A stretch of DNA of 20,717 nucleotides from a virus. The number at the start of each line of letters is the position of its first letter. Positions within the stretch are counted from its first letter, which is position 1. The translations under genes were made by a program, and so were the position numbers. The notes beneath the pieces are model-generated. The model saw nothing but the letters and a program-made list of their open reading frames with translations, did no database searches and was not told the DNA's origin. Positions 1 through 7,816 of the stretch are shown one piece after another. The DNA is taken from the UHGV virus genome UHGV-1961940. The stretch is one strand, 5' to 3'.

Positions 1-684
1 CAGGAAGAAACTGGCAATCTGAGTTTTCGCGCTGGCAATCTGGGATTTTCCATCTTCTAATTTTTTCTTTGCATCTGCAAGTTGTGTTTTCCCGTCTTCC
101 AGTTTCTTCCTGGCATCTTCTAATTGTTTCTTACCATCTTTATATTGTTTCTTTCCGTCCTTAAGTTTCTTTTCACCGTCATCCAGTTCTTTCTTCGCAT
201 CTGCAAGTTTCTCATTGGCTTCTTTTTTGCCGTCTTCCAGTTCTTTCTTTGCATCTGCAAGCTTTTCATTGGCTTCATCCACTACTTCATCATAACGGAT
301 CTGACAACGTTCTTCCTCGATTCCCTTTACGCGTTCCTGCACTCTTTCTATCAGGCTTTCATAAGCATCCGTATAACTGATCAGATTTTGTGCCCCATGA
401 ACCTGCACATAAATCTGTGTAAATACTTCCTGATCAAAATTCTCCGGGAGTACATAAGCAAACCCGTTAACTTCACCTGAACCAAGAGTTGTATTTCCAC
501 GATTATAAGATATATAAAGAGGGCTCTCACCAATACCTACAACTGTATAATCTACATTCTGCAAAAGCTTGCTGTCCCCGTCCTGCTTCAGTGTAATCTG
601 ATCTCCGACTTCGTAACTGTTATTCTCGGCAAATATATAATCCAGAAATATCTCGCCACTCTTCTCGGGAATTCTTCCTTCCAT
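1..684 (-). CDS. FtsX/MacB-family ABC transporter permease-like protein, 5'-truncated fragment (periplasmic-core-like segment followed by coiled-coil repeat region); C-terminal part runs off the window start
   Basis: Minus-strand frame is open from 792 down to position 1 and is absent from the ORF track because it has no stop in the window. My translation reads ...VNETVNQITVMEGRIPEKSGEIFLDYIFAENNSYEVGDQITLKQDGDS... then repeated LADAKKELEDGKK / LKDGKKQ coiled-coil units. The 'EGRxPEKxGEIxLD' motif followed by such repeats matches the architecture of large YhgE/Pip-type FtsX permeases as I remember it. No N-terminal TM helix or ATG upstream of 684 (only GTG at 723/714), and in-frame stops at 793-795 and 802-804. 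Confidence 0.4.
   Translation of the reverse strand, partial: MEGRIPEKSGEIFLDYIFAENNSYEVGDQITLKQDGDSKLLQNVDYTVVGIGESPLYISYNRGNTTLGSGEVNGFAYVLPENFDQEVFTQIYVQVHGAQNLISYTDAYESLIERVQERVKGIEEERCQIRYDEVVDEANEKLADAKKELEDGKKEANEKLADAKKELDDGEKKLKDGKKQYKDGKKQLEDARKKLEDGKTQLADAKKKLEDGKSQIASAKTQIASFFL
55..300. repeat. Imperfect tandem coding repeats (~50-60 nt units) encoding coiled-coil 'L-x-D-A-K-K-x-L-E-D-G-K-K' units
   Basis: Recurring 'tgcatctgcaag' (72-83, 250-261; variant 'cgcatctgcaag' 197-208) and '(g/a)ccgtc(t/a)tccagttctttctt' blocks (~174-222 vs ~226-274). They lie inside the minus-strand permease-like frame. Confidence 0.6.
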
Positions 685-710
685 AACAGTGATCTGGTTT
701 ACTGTTTCAT

Positions 711-1196
711 TCACTGATTCCACGGAGCACTTATCGCAAACCTCAACGACATTGATAGTACCATAGTATTTATAAAGAATATAGCCAACGTATCAAACAG
801 GTTAACCTGGTGGTCGTTGATAGTCCCCATGCATTTAGGATCACGGAACATATCAAAATGAATACCGGATAATCTTTCCATTAGCATAAAGTCATAACTG
901 TAGCAGTTATGGCAGTTCAAAGCTGTTGGTGACCAGTCAGAATTGCCTGTAAGCCAACCTTCCAACTCCGAAAAATCTGCTATGCGAACTTCAAAATCTT
1001 TATAAAGAGTTTTCTTTGCCAGAATGAAGTTCTTAGCCTTTTCTATATCCTCCTCGGAGTAGTGTGTGCGGTCATTTAGAGGAAGGAACAGCATAAAACG
1101 GTTCTTATTCAGCTCTTTAAACAGACCGCAGTGATAATAAAGATCTGGGTCTTCCAGCAAACCGGATGACTCAAAATCGAAAGACCACATACTCAT
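711..1196 (-). CDS. hypothetical protein (161 aa)
   Basis: Track ORF with AAGGAGA about 7 nt upstream of the ATG at 1196. No recognisable motifs. Its 3' end overlaps the permease-like frame in a different frame. Confidence 0.5.
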   Translation of the reverse strand: MSMWSFDFESSGLLEDPDLYYHCGLFKELNKNRFMLFLPLNDRTHYSEEDIEKAKNFILAKKTLYKDFEVRIADFSELEGWLTGNSDWSPTALNCHNCYSYDFMLMERLSGIHFDMFRDPKCMGTINDHQVNLFDTLAIFFINTMVLSMSLRFAISAPWNQ

Positions 1197-1254
1197 ATAC
1201 AGTTCTCCTTAAAGGGGAGGCGGTTGTATTACCCCTCCCACTCTTTGTTAAACA

Positions 1255-3333
1255 TTAAAAAGGCGTTTCATCATCCTCAAAACCAGGGACCGGGTCAGAG
1301 GATGGATCATCGTACTGGAGGTCTTCCTGCGTGTCAACAGGCTTAACAGTAGGAGTTACAACCTTATCAGCCACAACCTTGCCCATAGGTGTTTCTACAA
1401 CTGCATGCTCCTGATCCTCAAACATAGCCTGAGGTCTCCAAACAACCTCCCCACCTTCTCCGTCTGTAAACATTTGCATTTCTTTGTCCCAGTACCAATT
1501 ACTGGCATCATGGAACTTACCTGTGTGCGGGTCCATAACCAAAGTGTCAGCAATACCTAGAGTTTTTGCTGGACGGTTTTTAAGACCTACCAGACGGACA
1601 CGTCCACGAGAACGATCCACCATTTCTTCGGCCTCGACACCTATGACTACCCAACTCAACTGTTCAAGCCCAGCCGATCCTCGCAAATTCTCTTTTCGCA
1701 CAGGATACCAGAAAGGTAATGGGTTACCATCCTTGTCCTTAGGGGGCACAATCTCTGTACGTTTGAGGTGAGCGATCACCAAGATAAACACGTTAAACTG
1801 CTTACAAAACGCAGCCAGTTGGGTCATAGCCATGTCCAGTTCTTTTCGCTCATCCTTAACATTAAGCCCTGAAATTACCATGGACAGGTGATCCAGCACA
1901 ATATAACGACAATGGTACAGGCAAACCATTTGCTTAAGCTTGGTAATCAACTCGTCCACTGGAATAGACCCGAAATGTTTGAACACTTTGATTTTTCCAG
2001 CTTTTGCCCATGATTGGTGAATCTCTGCGTGTTCTTGATCAGTTAAAAACTGGCTAGGATCTTCAACAAACTCTTTAACATCAAACCCTAACTGGTTTGC
2101 ATACAAGGAGTTAATTGCTTCCTCTGGGTCCTCCTCAAGATGAATCATGCATAGACGATCATCCTCTTCGTAATCATCAGCCTTTGGACATGTCGGGTCC
2201 ATTAGGTATCTTGCAATACAGTGTTCCAGTTTTTTAGCTACAGTTGTTTTACCGCCTCCTGATGGACCTGTAAGCATTACGAGTGTCCCTTTGTGCAAGC
2301 CTTTTAGCATTTTTTGCAGTTTTGGGAACTCTGCGCTGATATCTACCCCGTTGGAAGTCTTTTTCCGCAAAGATTCGATAGAGAAGTCTTCTAAATCCGA
2401 TACAGCATCCGGTACATACTTAACAGGATGCCGGAACATGTTTACAATATCTTCCAGCTTTTTAGCCTTCAGCATGTCACGGATATCTTTTACACCGTCA
2501 GGATCGTTTACTTCACCAGGGTACTCTACGTGGTAAACGTTATCAGCCATCAAAAATGCTGCGATATTGTGCGTAGCCTCAACACCTTTAATGACGTGTT
2601 TTTGCTTCTCTACCTCGTTAGCTGCATCGTTATCCATTGCCAGCACAACTGTTCCATAGCTACGGATAAACTTCTCATTGTTTGCAAAAGTATCTACTGC
2701 GTTTGCACATCCGCAGTTAATTCCAACAAAAGGTAGGCAGGGTTTTCCTGCCAGATCACCACCGTTGATAACTGCATCGATCCCGTCCTGTACCTCTTTA
2801 GCCCACTGCTTCACCTTTGCCGGGGCTTTAGCGTTGGTGAGAATCCCTTTTACTTGTATCTGATATGCAGCCTGCCATGCTGCAATAACATCACCTTCTC
2901 CCTCGCAAACGTTAATCTGCTTACGGTTGTTGGAAGATGCACACAGCTTTTGACCAAACATCTGGGAGTTAGCCTTTACGATGCCAACAACGGAGAAATG
3001 GCCCCTTTGCTCTTTAGGAATCGTCCAGTCGCGCTTTTTGAAACCGGACAGATTTCCGTAGCGGTCGTAATATGGGAAATATGTTGCAGTGACTGTCACA
3101 CCGTCTTCTTGGGACAATGCTGATCGCACACCAAAATATTGTGCAGCCATCAGACCGATATTTTGTTGTGGGACAGGGACAATTTTAGTATTTTCTAAAA
3201 CAGTCTCTACAGTTTCAACTTCTTTTTCATCACGATAGTCTCGTTTCACACTTCCCCCACTTTTATACTTAGTTGCTTTCGGGTTTGGCTCACCGAAACG
3301 GTTGTATGCAGATGCCATAAATTTACTTCCCAT
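1255..3333 (-). CDS. Bifunctional DNA primase-helicase (TOPRIM primase domain + DnaB/T7 gp4-like hexameric helicase)
   Basis: TOPRIM-like acidic motifs 'CEGEGDVIAAW' and 'VVLAMDNDAANE'. Helicase Walker A 'LTGPSGGGKTT', Walker B 'YIVLDHLSMV', and arginine-finger-like 'RGSAGLEQLSWVVIGVE'. RBS 'taaggagcagaattaATG'. No Cys4 zinc-ribbon seen N-terminal to the TOPRIM. Confidence 0.8.
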   Translation of the reverse strand: MGSKFMASAYNRFGEPNPKATKYKSGGSVKRDYRDEKEVETVETVLENTKIVPVPQQNIGLMAAQYFGVRSALSQEDGVTVTATYFPYYDRYGNLSGFKKRDWTIPKEQRGHFSVVGIVKANSQMFGQKLCASSNNRKQINVCEGEGDVIAAWQAAYQIQVKGILTNAKAPAKVKQWAKEVQDGIDAVINGGDLAGKPCLPFVGINCGCANAVDTFANNEKFIRSYGTVVLAMDNDAANEVEKQKHVIKGVEATHNIAAFLMADNVYHVEYPGEVNDPDGVKDIRDMLKAKKLEDIVNMFRHPVKYVPDAVSDLEDFSIESLRKKTSNGVDISAEFPKLQKMLKGLHKGTLVMLTGPSGGGKTTVAKKLEHCIARYLMDPTCPKADDYEEDDRLCMIHLEEDPEEAINSLYANQLGFDVKEFVEDPSQFLTDQEHAEIHQSWAKAGKIKVFKHFGSIPVDELITKLKQMVCLYHCRYIVLDHLSMVISGLNVKDERKELDMAMTQLAAFCKQFNVFILVIAHLKRTEIVPPKDKDGNPLPFWYPVRKENLRGSAGLEQLSWVVIGVEAEEMVDRSRGRVRLVGLKNRPAKTLGIADTLVMDPHTGKFHDASNWYWDKEMQMFTDGEGGEVVWRPQAMFEDQEHAVVETPMGKVVADKVVTPTVKPVDTQEDLQYDDPSSDPVPGFEDDETPF

Positions 3334-3483
3334 TAATTCTGCTCCTTACTACAGGCTCGTTTGCTAAGAATACAGCTTTTGCCCAGCCAATAACTGCACC
3401 ACCAGACCCGTCAAATAGACTCCACACAACACCTTTGTGGTAGTGTTCTTTGTAGATGAATTTCAATTTGCTGTCTCCTAATG

Positions 3484-3511
3484 CAAAAAGCCCCACCCTT
3501 TCGGGCAGGGC
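3484..3511 (-). terminator. Rho-independent terminator candidate (minus strand)
   Basis: Minus-strand RNA GCCCUGCCC-GAAA-GGGUGGGGC followed by UUUUUG: GC-rich stem with a 2-nt internal mismatch, tetraloop and U-tract. Sits immediately after the stop of ORF 3518-3724. Confidence 0.5.
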
Positions 3512-3517
3512 CTAGTG

Positions 3518-3724
3518 TTAAACCCGGATACCTATTGTATACTCGGTGGATACCAATGTCAAATCTAAATTTAAAATTTCTTGCATCTCATAATATGCGT
3601 CCAGGGTTAGATACATTTCCCCATCCTTTTCTACATACTTGTCCAAGTGCTTGAGGCATTTCGGATAACTATCAAGTGCAGCTTTCAGGCACTCAAACTC
3701 TGTGCTGTTGATGAATCCTTCCAT
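3518..3724 (-). CDS. hypothetical protein (68 aa)
   Basis: Track ORF in the same orientation and tightly packed with its neighbours. No motifs recognised. Confidence 0.45.
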   Translation of the reverse strand: MEGFINSTEFECLKAALDSYPKCLKHLDKYVEKDGEMYLTLDAYYEMQEILNLDLTLVSTEYTIGIRV

Positions 3725-3729
3725 CTTGG

Positions 3730-3996
3730 CTACCCGTTCTTAATGATAGCACTGTAGTGAGATTTAGCTTCCTGAATGCAATGGGTCCAAGCATCAACCT
3801 TCTCTTCGAAAAGTCCAAAGAACTTCTTTTTGGTGAGCTTCAGATTCTTTAAGTGCTTAAGCACTCGGTTGCCGATTACAGCCACATCACGAAACTTAAG
3901 AATCACTTTGTCGATATCCTCGCGACCTATTTTCACAAAACAGGCCTTACACATTTCAGGGGAGGAATAACCAACTTTCCACATAAAATCTGACAT
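3730..3996 (-). CDS. hypothetical protein (88 aa)
   Basis: Track ORF, stop 6 nt before the next start. No motifs recognised. Confidence 0.45.
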   Translation of the reverse strand: MSDFMWKVGYSSPEMCKACFVKIGREDIDKVILKFRDVAVIGNRVLKHLKNLKLTKKKFFGLFEEKVDAWTHCIQEAKSHYSAIIKNG

Positions 3997-4008
3997 ACCA
4001 CCTTCTCC

Positions 4009-4311
4009 TTATTCCTTAAAAGCTATGATATCATAGGAACTTGCAGATGATTCTGGTGAAGAATGACTCCAGTCCAGGTCATCAGAATAGTCAGCGTACT
4101 GTGCGCCACTACGCAGTTTGTATTTTACCCACTTACCTGGTGCAGGGTTTTCACCACCTTCCCATACTTCCCAGCCTTCTGGCAGGCCGTCCTGAGCGTA
4201 GTCATCCACCTCACTAATGATCTTAGGGTTTGGCACCAAGATCCCCGCAGGCTCTTCCTTCCGGATAAGTGTCCACACAGCGTATGTGTCTGAGCAGGCG
4301 CATGATAGCAA
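4009..4311 (-). CDS. hypothetical protein (100 aa)
   Basis: Track ORF on the operon strand; Trp/acidic-rich. An antisense ORF (4063-4293 +) and an overlapping one (4125-4322 -) are less likely. Confidence 0.4.
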   Translation of the reverse strand: MLSCACSDTYAVWTLIRKEEPAGILVPNPKIISEVDDYAQDGLPEGWEVWEGGENPAPGKWVKYKLRSGAQYADYSDDLDWSHSSPESSASSYDIIAFKE

Positions 4312-4402
4312 AGTATATCCACTATTCAGAACTTCTGCAAGCTCTTTTCAGCATCTTCCAATTTGGCTAAGTGGTATTGGATAATCTTCACACCTGTAAT
4401 CA

Positions 4403-4708
4403 TCAGAAACCTCCCACTTCTTCAGCAAATGCAGCTGCTGTCGTCGCTGCATCCAGATAGGACTCTAGTTCACGGGCTGCACGTTTGTAAATTGAGTGGC
4501 GCATATCGTTTGGCAGTTGGTGGGAGTCCACCTCTTCACCGTTGTGGTAAACATGCACATCGGTGATTTGTCTAAATCCGTAACAGTCAACATCAGAATC
4601 CCGGCACTCCGGATCTGGCAACTGAACAACTGCCTGAGCTTCCACAGTAAACATATCGTCAAGTTCGAAATCGATTTCAAAAGTGTATGGTTTATAACGT
4701 TTCATCAT
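4403..4708 (-). CDS. hypothetical protein (101 aa)
   Basis: Track ORF immediately upstream of the methyltransferase stop, same strand. Confidence 0.4.
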   Translation of the reverse strand: MMKRYKPYTFEIDFELDDMFTVEAQAVVQLPDPECRDSDVDCYGFRQITDVHVYHNGEEVDSHQLPNDMRHSIYKRAARELESYLDAATTAAAFAEEVGGF

Positions 4709-4721
4709 TTGATTGTACTCT

Positions 4722-6047
4722 TTATTGATCAGAATTATCTTTCGTAATTAAGGTCTGGGTAAGTTTGTAATAGCGGAAGCCACCGCCACCTTGCCAGCTT
4801 GCAGACTTAGAAATACCACCTTGATCTTCACCATCAATCACTTTTTGCAAGCGAGGGATAATATGGGTATGACAATGATCACCCAGTTCGATCAAGATCC
4901 AACGTCTTTTCATCTTGTGGGCTACAGCAGCAGTAGTTCCCGAACCGCCGAATGAATCCAATACCAAATCACCTTCTCGCGTACACATTTCGAGAATCCG
5001 CTTCAAAAGCGCTTCTGGTTTTTTTCCATTTTTGAAACTAACGCCGCCTTCATTTGCTATTCCATTCCAACTAATGTCTGTCCAAACATCAGTTATTAGT
5101 TCCGCAGGTTGCATCTCACCGTCAATTTCCAAAAGCCTGTTGGAGTAAAAGACCATTTGCCTACCATTTGCGATATAAAATCCTTCAACATCCTCATTCG
5201 GATGTACATAAACCTTATCCCTATCTTTCTTTGACTTCTCGATAGTTTCTTTTCTCTTTATTTTAGCGCCACCACCAATTGCAACAGATTGAAATACACG
5301 TTCTGCATTATCAATTGCGAATTGTGCTAATTCATCATCGAATGTATCAGGCAGTTTTTTCTTGGCTTCTTTTGCATCTTTATAGCCATTGGCCTTTGCA
5401 AACGCATCGGCAATACCGCACCACGTCCAATTTTTATAATGGTCATCCGGGTTTAATAGGTATTTGTTATATCCTGTATCATACCCTTTAGGTATATAGA
5501 TTTTGTTAAGCGGTTTCTGGGTGCGATCTTTTGCATATACAAGCAAAAAGTTTGCTGTGGAGAAAACTGTGGCTCCTGTTGCCTTAAATCCCGAAGGGGA
5601 ATTTGTGGTCATCGATATGGTATTTAACTGATTTGCACGACCAAAAATCTCGTCCATCAAAACTTTTAAATACGCCATTTCGCAATCATCTAAGTGAACG
5701 AATATTACCCCATCATCACTTAGAAGATTACGAATTATTTCTAACCTATCCCTCATTAAGCCCAGCCAAATGGAATGCTCCAGGCTATCATCGTAATGCT
5801 CAAAAGCCCTCCCGGTATTGAATGGTGGGTCTATGTAAACACACTTCACTTTGCCTGCATACTCTTGCTCTAGCGCCTTCAATGCTAATAAGTTATCTCC
5901 AAAAATCAGTTTATTATCAAAAATATCGTTTTCGGTCACTTTCTGGCTGTGGTAAGATTTGCTAGAATCTTCTAACAAAATGTGTGGCTCTAACTTTTTG
6001 CGCTCGTTTTTACCTATCCAGGTAAGTTCTAATTTGGTTTTGCTCAT
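4722..6047 (-). CDS. Site-specific DNA methyltransferase, beta-class (N6-adenine or N4-cytosine; Mod-like / N6_N4_Mtase family); apparently orphan
   Basis: Motif IV 'IDPPFN' near the N-terminus (residue ~73) and AdoMet motif I 'DSFGGSGTTAAVA' near the C-terminus, giving the beta-class permuted order. N-terminal 'MSKTKLELTWIGKNE' is typical of Mod-type methyltransferases. No restriction-endonuclease partner recognised among neighbours. Confidence 0.85.
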   Translation of the reverse strand: MSKTKLELTWIGKNERKKLEPHILLEDSSKSYHSQKVTENDIFDNKLIFGDNLLALKALEQEYAGKVKCVYIDPPFNTGRAFEHYDDSLEHSIWLGLMRDRLEIIRNLLSDDGVIFVHLDDCEMAYLKVLMDEIFGRANQLNTISMTTNSPSGFKATGATVFSTANFLLVYAKDRTQKPLNKIYIPKGYDTGYNKYLLNPDDHYKNWTWCGIADAFAKANGYKDAKEAKKKLPDTFDDELAQFAIDNAERVFQSVAIGGGAKIKRKETIEKSKKDRDKVYVHPNEDVEGFYIANGRQMVFYSNRLLEIDGEMQPAELITDVWTDISWNGIANEGGVSFKNGKKPEALLKRILEMCTREGDLVLDSFGGSGTTAAVAHKMKRRWILIELGDHCHTHIIPRLQKVIDGEDQGGISKSASWQGGGGFRYYKLTQTLITKDNSDQ

Positions 6048-6074
6048 CGTTTGGTGCTCTCCTTAGTTTTTTGT

Positions 6075-6091
6075 GGGGAGGAGGCCTCCCC
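6075..6091. other. GC-rich hairpin (GGGGAGG-agg-CCTCCCC) in the intergenic gap upstream of the methyltransferase start
   Basis: 7-bp perfect stem read directly. On the coding (minus) strand it is followed by an A-run rather than a U-run, so it is not a canonical terminator for the operon. Confidence 0.3.
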
Positions 6092-6108
6092 TTTATACTC
6101 ACATCTTA

Positions 6109-6492
6109 CTACTCAAGGTCTTCAGAGTCAAGCTCAAAAAGAATCAAACTGTGCATGCCTGCAGATAGATTAACACACCCTGCAACAATAAGGGTCTGAT
6201 AGTAAGGTTCAGCACCCTCAATGTCTTCGTTAAAATCCACAACAAGGTAGTCACCTTTGTTAAAGGTGTATTTGTCCGATGTAAACGCAAAACCTGCCCA
6301 GTCCCCTACTGCAGGGTCTTTATCAGTCACCTTTGTTAACAGTAGATCTTTTTCACGGGATCTTTTAGTAAAATCGTGAATCACAACATCCTTCTCTTCA
6401 GGAGTTGGATTGCCACACACGTAGTTAACTATATTTCTCCACAAACTCATACGTCCCCTCTTCGGCTCTGGTTTCAAAATCTTTCCTGACAA
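6109..6492 (-). CDS. hypothetical protein (<=127 aa; start uncertain)
   Basis: Track ORF begins with TTG at 6492 and overlaps the helicase 3' end by 68 nt. An internal ATG at 6450 would shorten the overlap. Confidence 0.3.
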   Translation of the reverse strand: MSGKILKPEPKRGRMSLWRNIVNYVCGNPTPEEKDVVIHDFTKRSREKDLLLTKVTDKDPAVGDWAGFAFTSDKYTFNKGDYLVVDFNEDIEGAEPYYQTLIVAGCVNLSAGMHSLILFELDSEDLE

Positions 6493-7816
6493 TTTTGTCT
6501 AAGTCAGGGAATGTTGTATTGTAAAACTCTACGACTCGCGGGTCAACAATAATGTCAACTTCTCTTAGTGGACGCAACAAGTTTATTCCTTGTATTGTCT
6601 TAACCCGACTCAAAGCAACATACGTCATCCCAGGAGAGAAAGCTCCGTTCTTTCCAAGGTCCAGGTTGTAACAATCTAGCGTAAGTCCTTGACTTTTATG
6701 AGATGTTACGGCATACCCAGATTTCAGAGGAAGTTGCCTGTATGACCCAATCACTACCCTCTCTATAAACTTCTCCATCTTCCTTTCTGCAATGTTGTAT
6801 CTCTGAGATGGCTTATACTCGTTATTTTCCCACAACCTCTGCTCTATGTCAACCTGTGTTCCATCTTCAAGCTCTACCACCACCGCCTTGTTCTTAAATT
6901 TAACAATTGTGGCACGTGTTCCGTTAACATAATAAGGTACTTTGTGCGTCGGGTCAACATCGTTGGCGGTTATCATAACTTTCATGCCAATTTTCAACTT
7001 CATCTCCTGCTCAACTGGCAGGGTGGAGGGAAACTTACCCTTCATTTCACCAGTGTATACCTTCTCTGGGGCGTTGATGGCATCATAGAACCTTCTGTTC
7101 ACTTCCTCTGCTTGTTTGTTGGTGGCGCAAATTGTGAGAGCGTCTGTTGGTACACCGCCTTTGTAACAGCGAGCATTAAGTTCTGCTACAACCTCTTTTA
7201 TGCGACGACCCTCACGAACACAGTTGAGCATTGTGGCAAATCGAATAGACTCCTGTCGGAACTGGTCTATTAGGGCTATGTTGTGAAGGTCCAGCTCTTT
7301 CCAAGATTCGGTATAGCAACATAGGTCTGTGTGGTAGAAGTTGAAGTAGGCCTCCTTCTCCATAGAAGAGACAACAGGAGGTGCCTGGTAAAAATCGCCA
7401 AACAATATGACCTGTATGCCTCCGAAAGGTTTGTCATTTTTTCGAAGGAAGCGGAGTTTTCTATCCATCTCTATAAACTTATCAGCACGGATCATAGAGA
7501 TTTCATCGATAATTAGGATGGTAAATGCCTTGCTTTTCAAAGGCTTTGCTGTTTTTGCCCTTATTGCAGTCCAGTCAGACTCCATGCTCACACCTGCTGC
7601 AAGATCGAAGGTTCGGTGTGCTGTTGCTCCATTAACGTTTAAAGCGGCTACCCCTGTCGGGGCAACCGTTATGCAAGAGTCTCCATACATTGACTGGATC
7701 ATGTTGATGAGGTACGTCTTCCCACAACCTGCGGGTCCTGAAACGAAGACATTCTCCCCACTCATGATTGCAACAAGGGCAGCATCTGTGCCTACATCAT
7801 ACTGCCCTTTTTCCAT
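6425..7816 (-). CDS. SF1B DNA helicase, Pif1/RecD/Dda-like
   Basis: Walker A 'VSGPAGCGKTY', Walker B 'ILIIDEISM', 'FGDFYQAPPV' motif, 'AVTSHKSQGLT' and 'YVALSRVK' C-terminal motifs characteristic of the Pif1/RecD/Dda family. Confidence 0.85.
   Translation of the reverse strand: MEKGQYDVGTDAALVAIMSGENVFVSGPAGCGKTYLINMIQSMYGDSCITVAPTGVAALNVNGATAHRTFDLAAGVSMESDWTAIRAKTAKPLKSKAFTILIIDEISMIRADKFIEMDRKLRFLRKNDKPFGGIQVILFGDFYQAPPVVSSMEKEAYFNFYHTDLCCYTESWKELDLHNIALIDQFRQESIRFATMLNCVREGRRIKEVVAELNARCYKGGVPTDALTICATNKQAEEVNRRFYDAINAPEKVYTGEMKGKFPSTLPVEQEMKLKIGMKVMITANDVDPTHKVPYYVNGTRATIVKFKNKAVVVELEDGTQVDIEQRLWENNEYKPSQRYNIAERKMEKFIERVVIGSYRQLPLKSGYAVTSHKSQGLTLDCYNLDLGKNGAFSPGMTYVALSRVKTIQGINLLRPLREVDIIVDPRVVEFYNTTFPDLDKIVRKDFETRAEEGTYEFVEKYS

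Noticed and set aside
124-480. Plus-strand ORF (118 aa) with low-complexity F/L/I-rich translation
   Set aside because: It is antisense to the repeat-rich coiled-coil coding region on the minus strand; the translation is a repeat artefact with no RBS context.
1211-1245. Possible hairpin GGGAGG...CCTCCC between the primase-helicase stop and the 161-aa gene start
   Set aside because: 6-bp stem with a 13-nt loop and no U-tract on the transcribed strand; too weak to call a terminator.
1484-3123. Several plus-strand ORFs (1484-1771, 2291-2536, 2428-2736, 2678-2863, 2854-3123)
   Set aside because: All lie antisense within the well-supported primase-helicase gene and have Ser/Thr/Arg-rich compositions typical of antisense frames.
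3334-3480. Possible unlisted small minus-strand ORF (TTG start ~3465, ~47 aa) between the terminator and the primase-helicase
   Set aside because: Non-ATG start, below the track length cutoff, no recognisable motifs; insufficient evidence.
4915-5821. Plus-strand ORFs inside the methyltransferase region
   Set aside because: Antisense to a CDS with clear catalytic motifs; no RBS.
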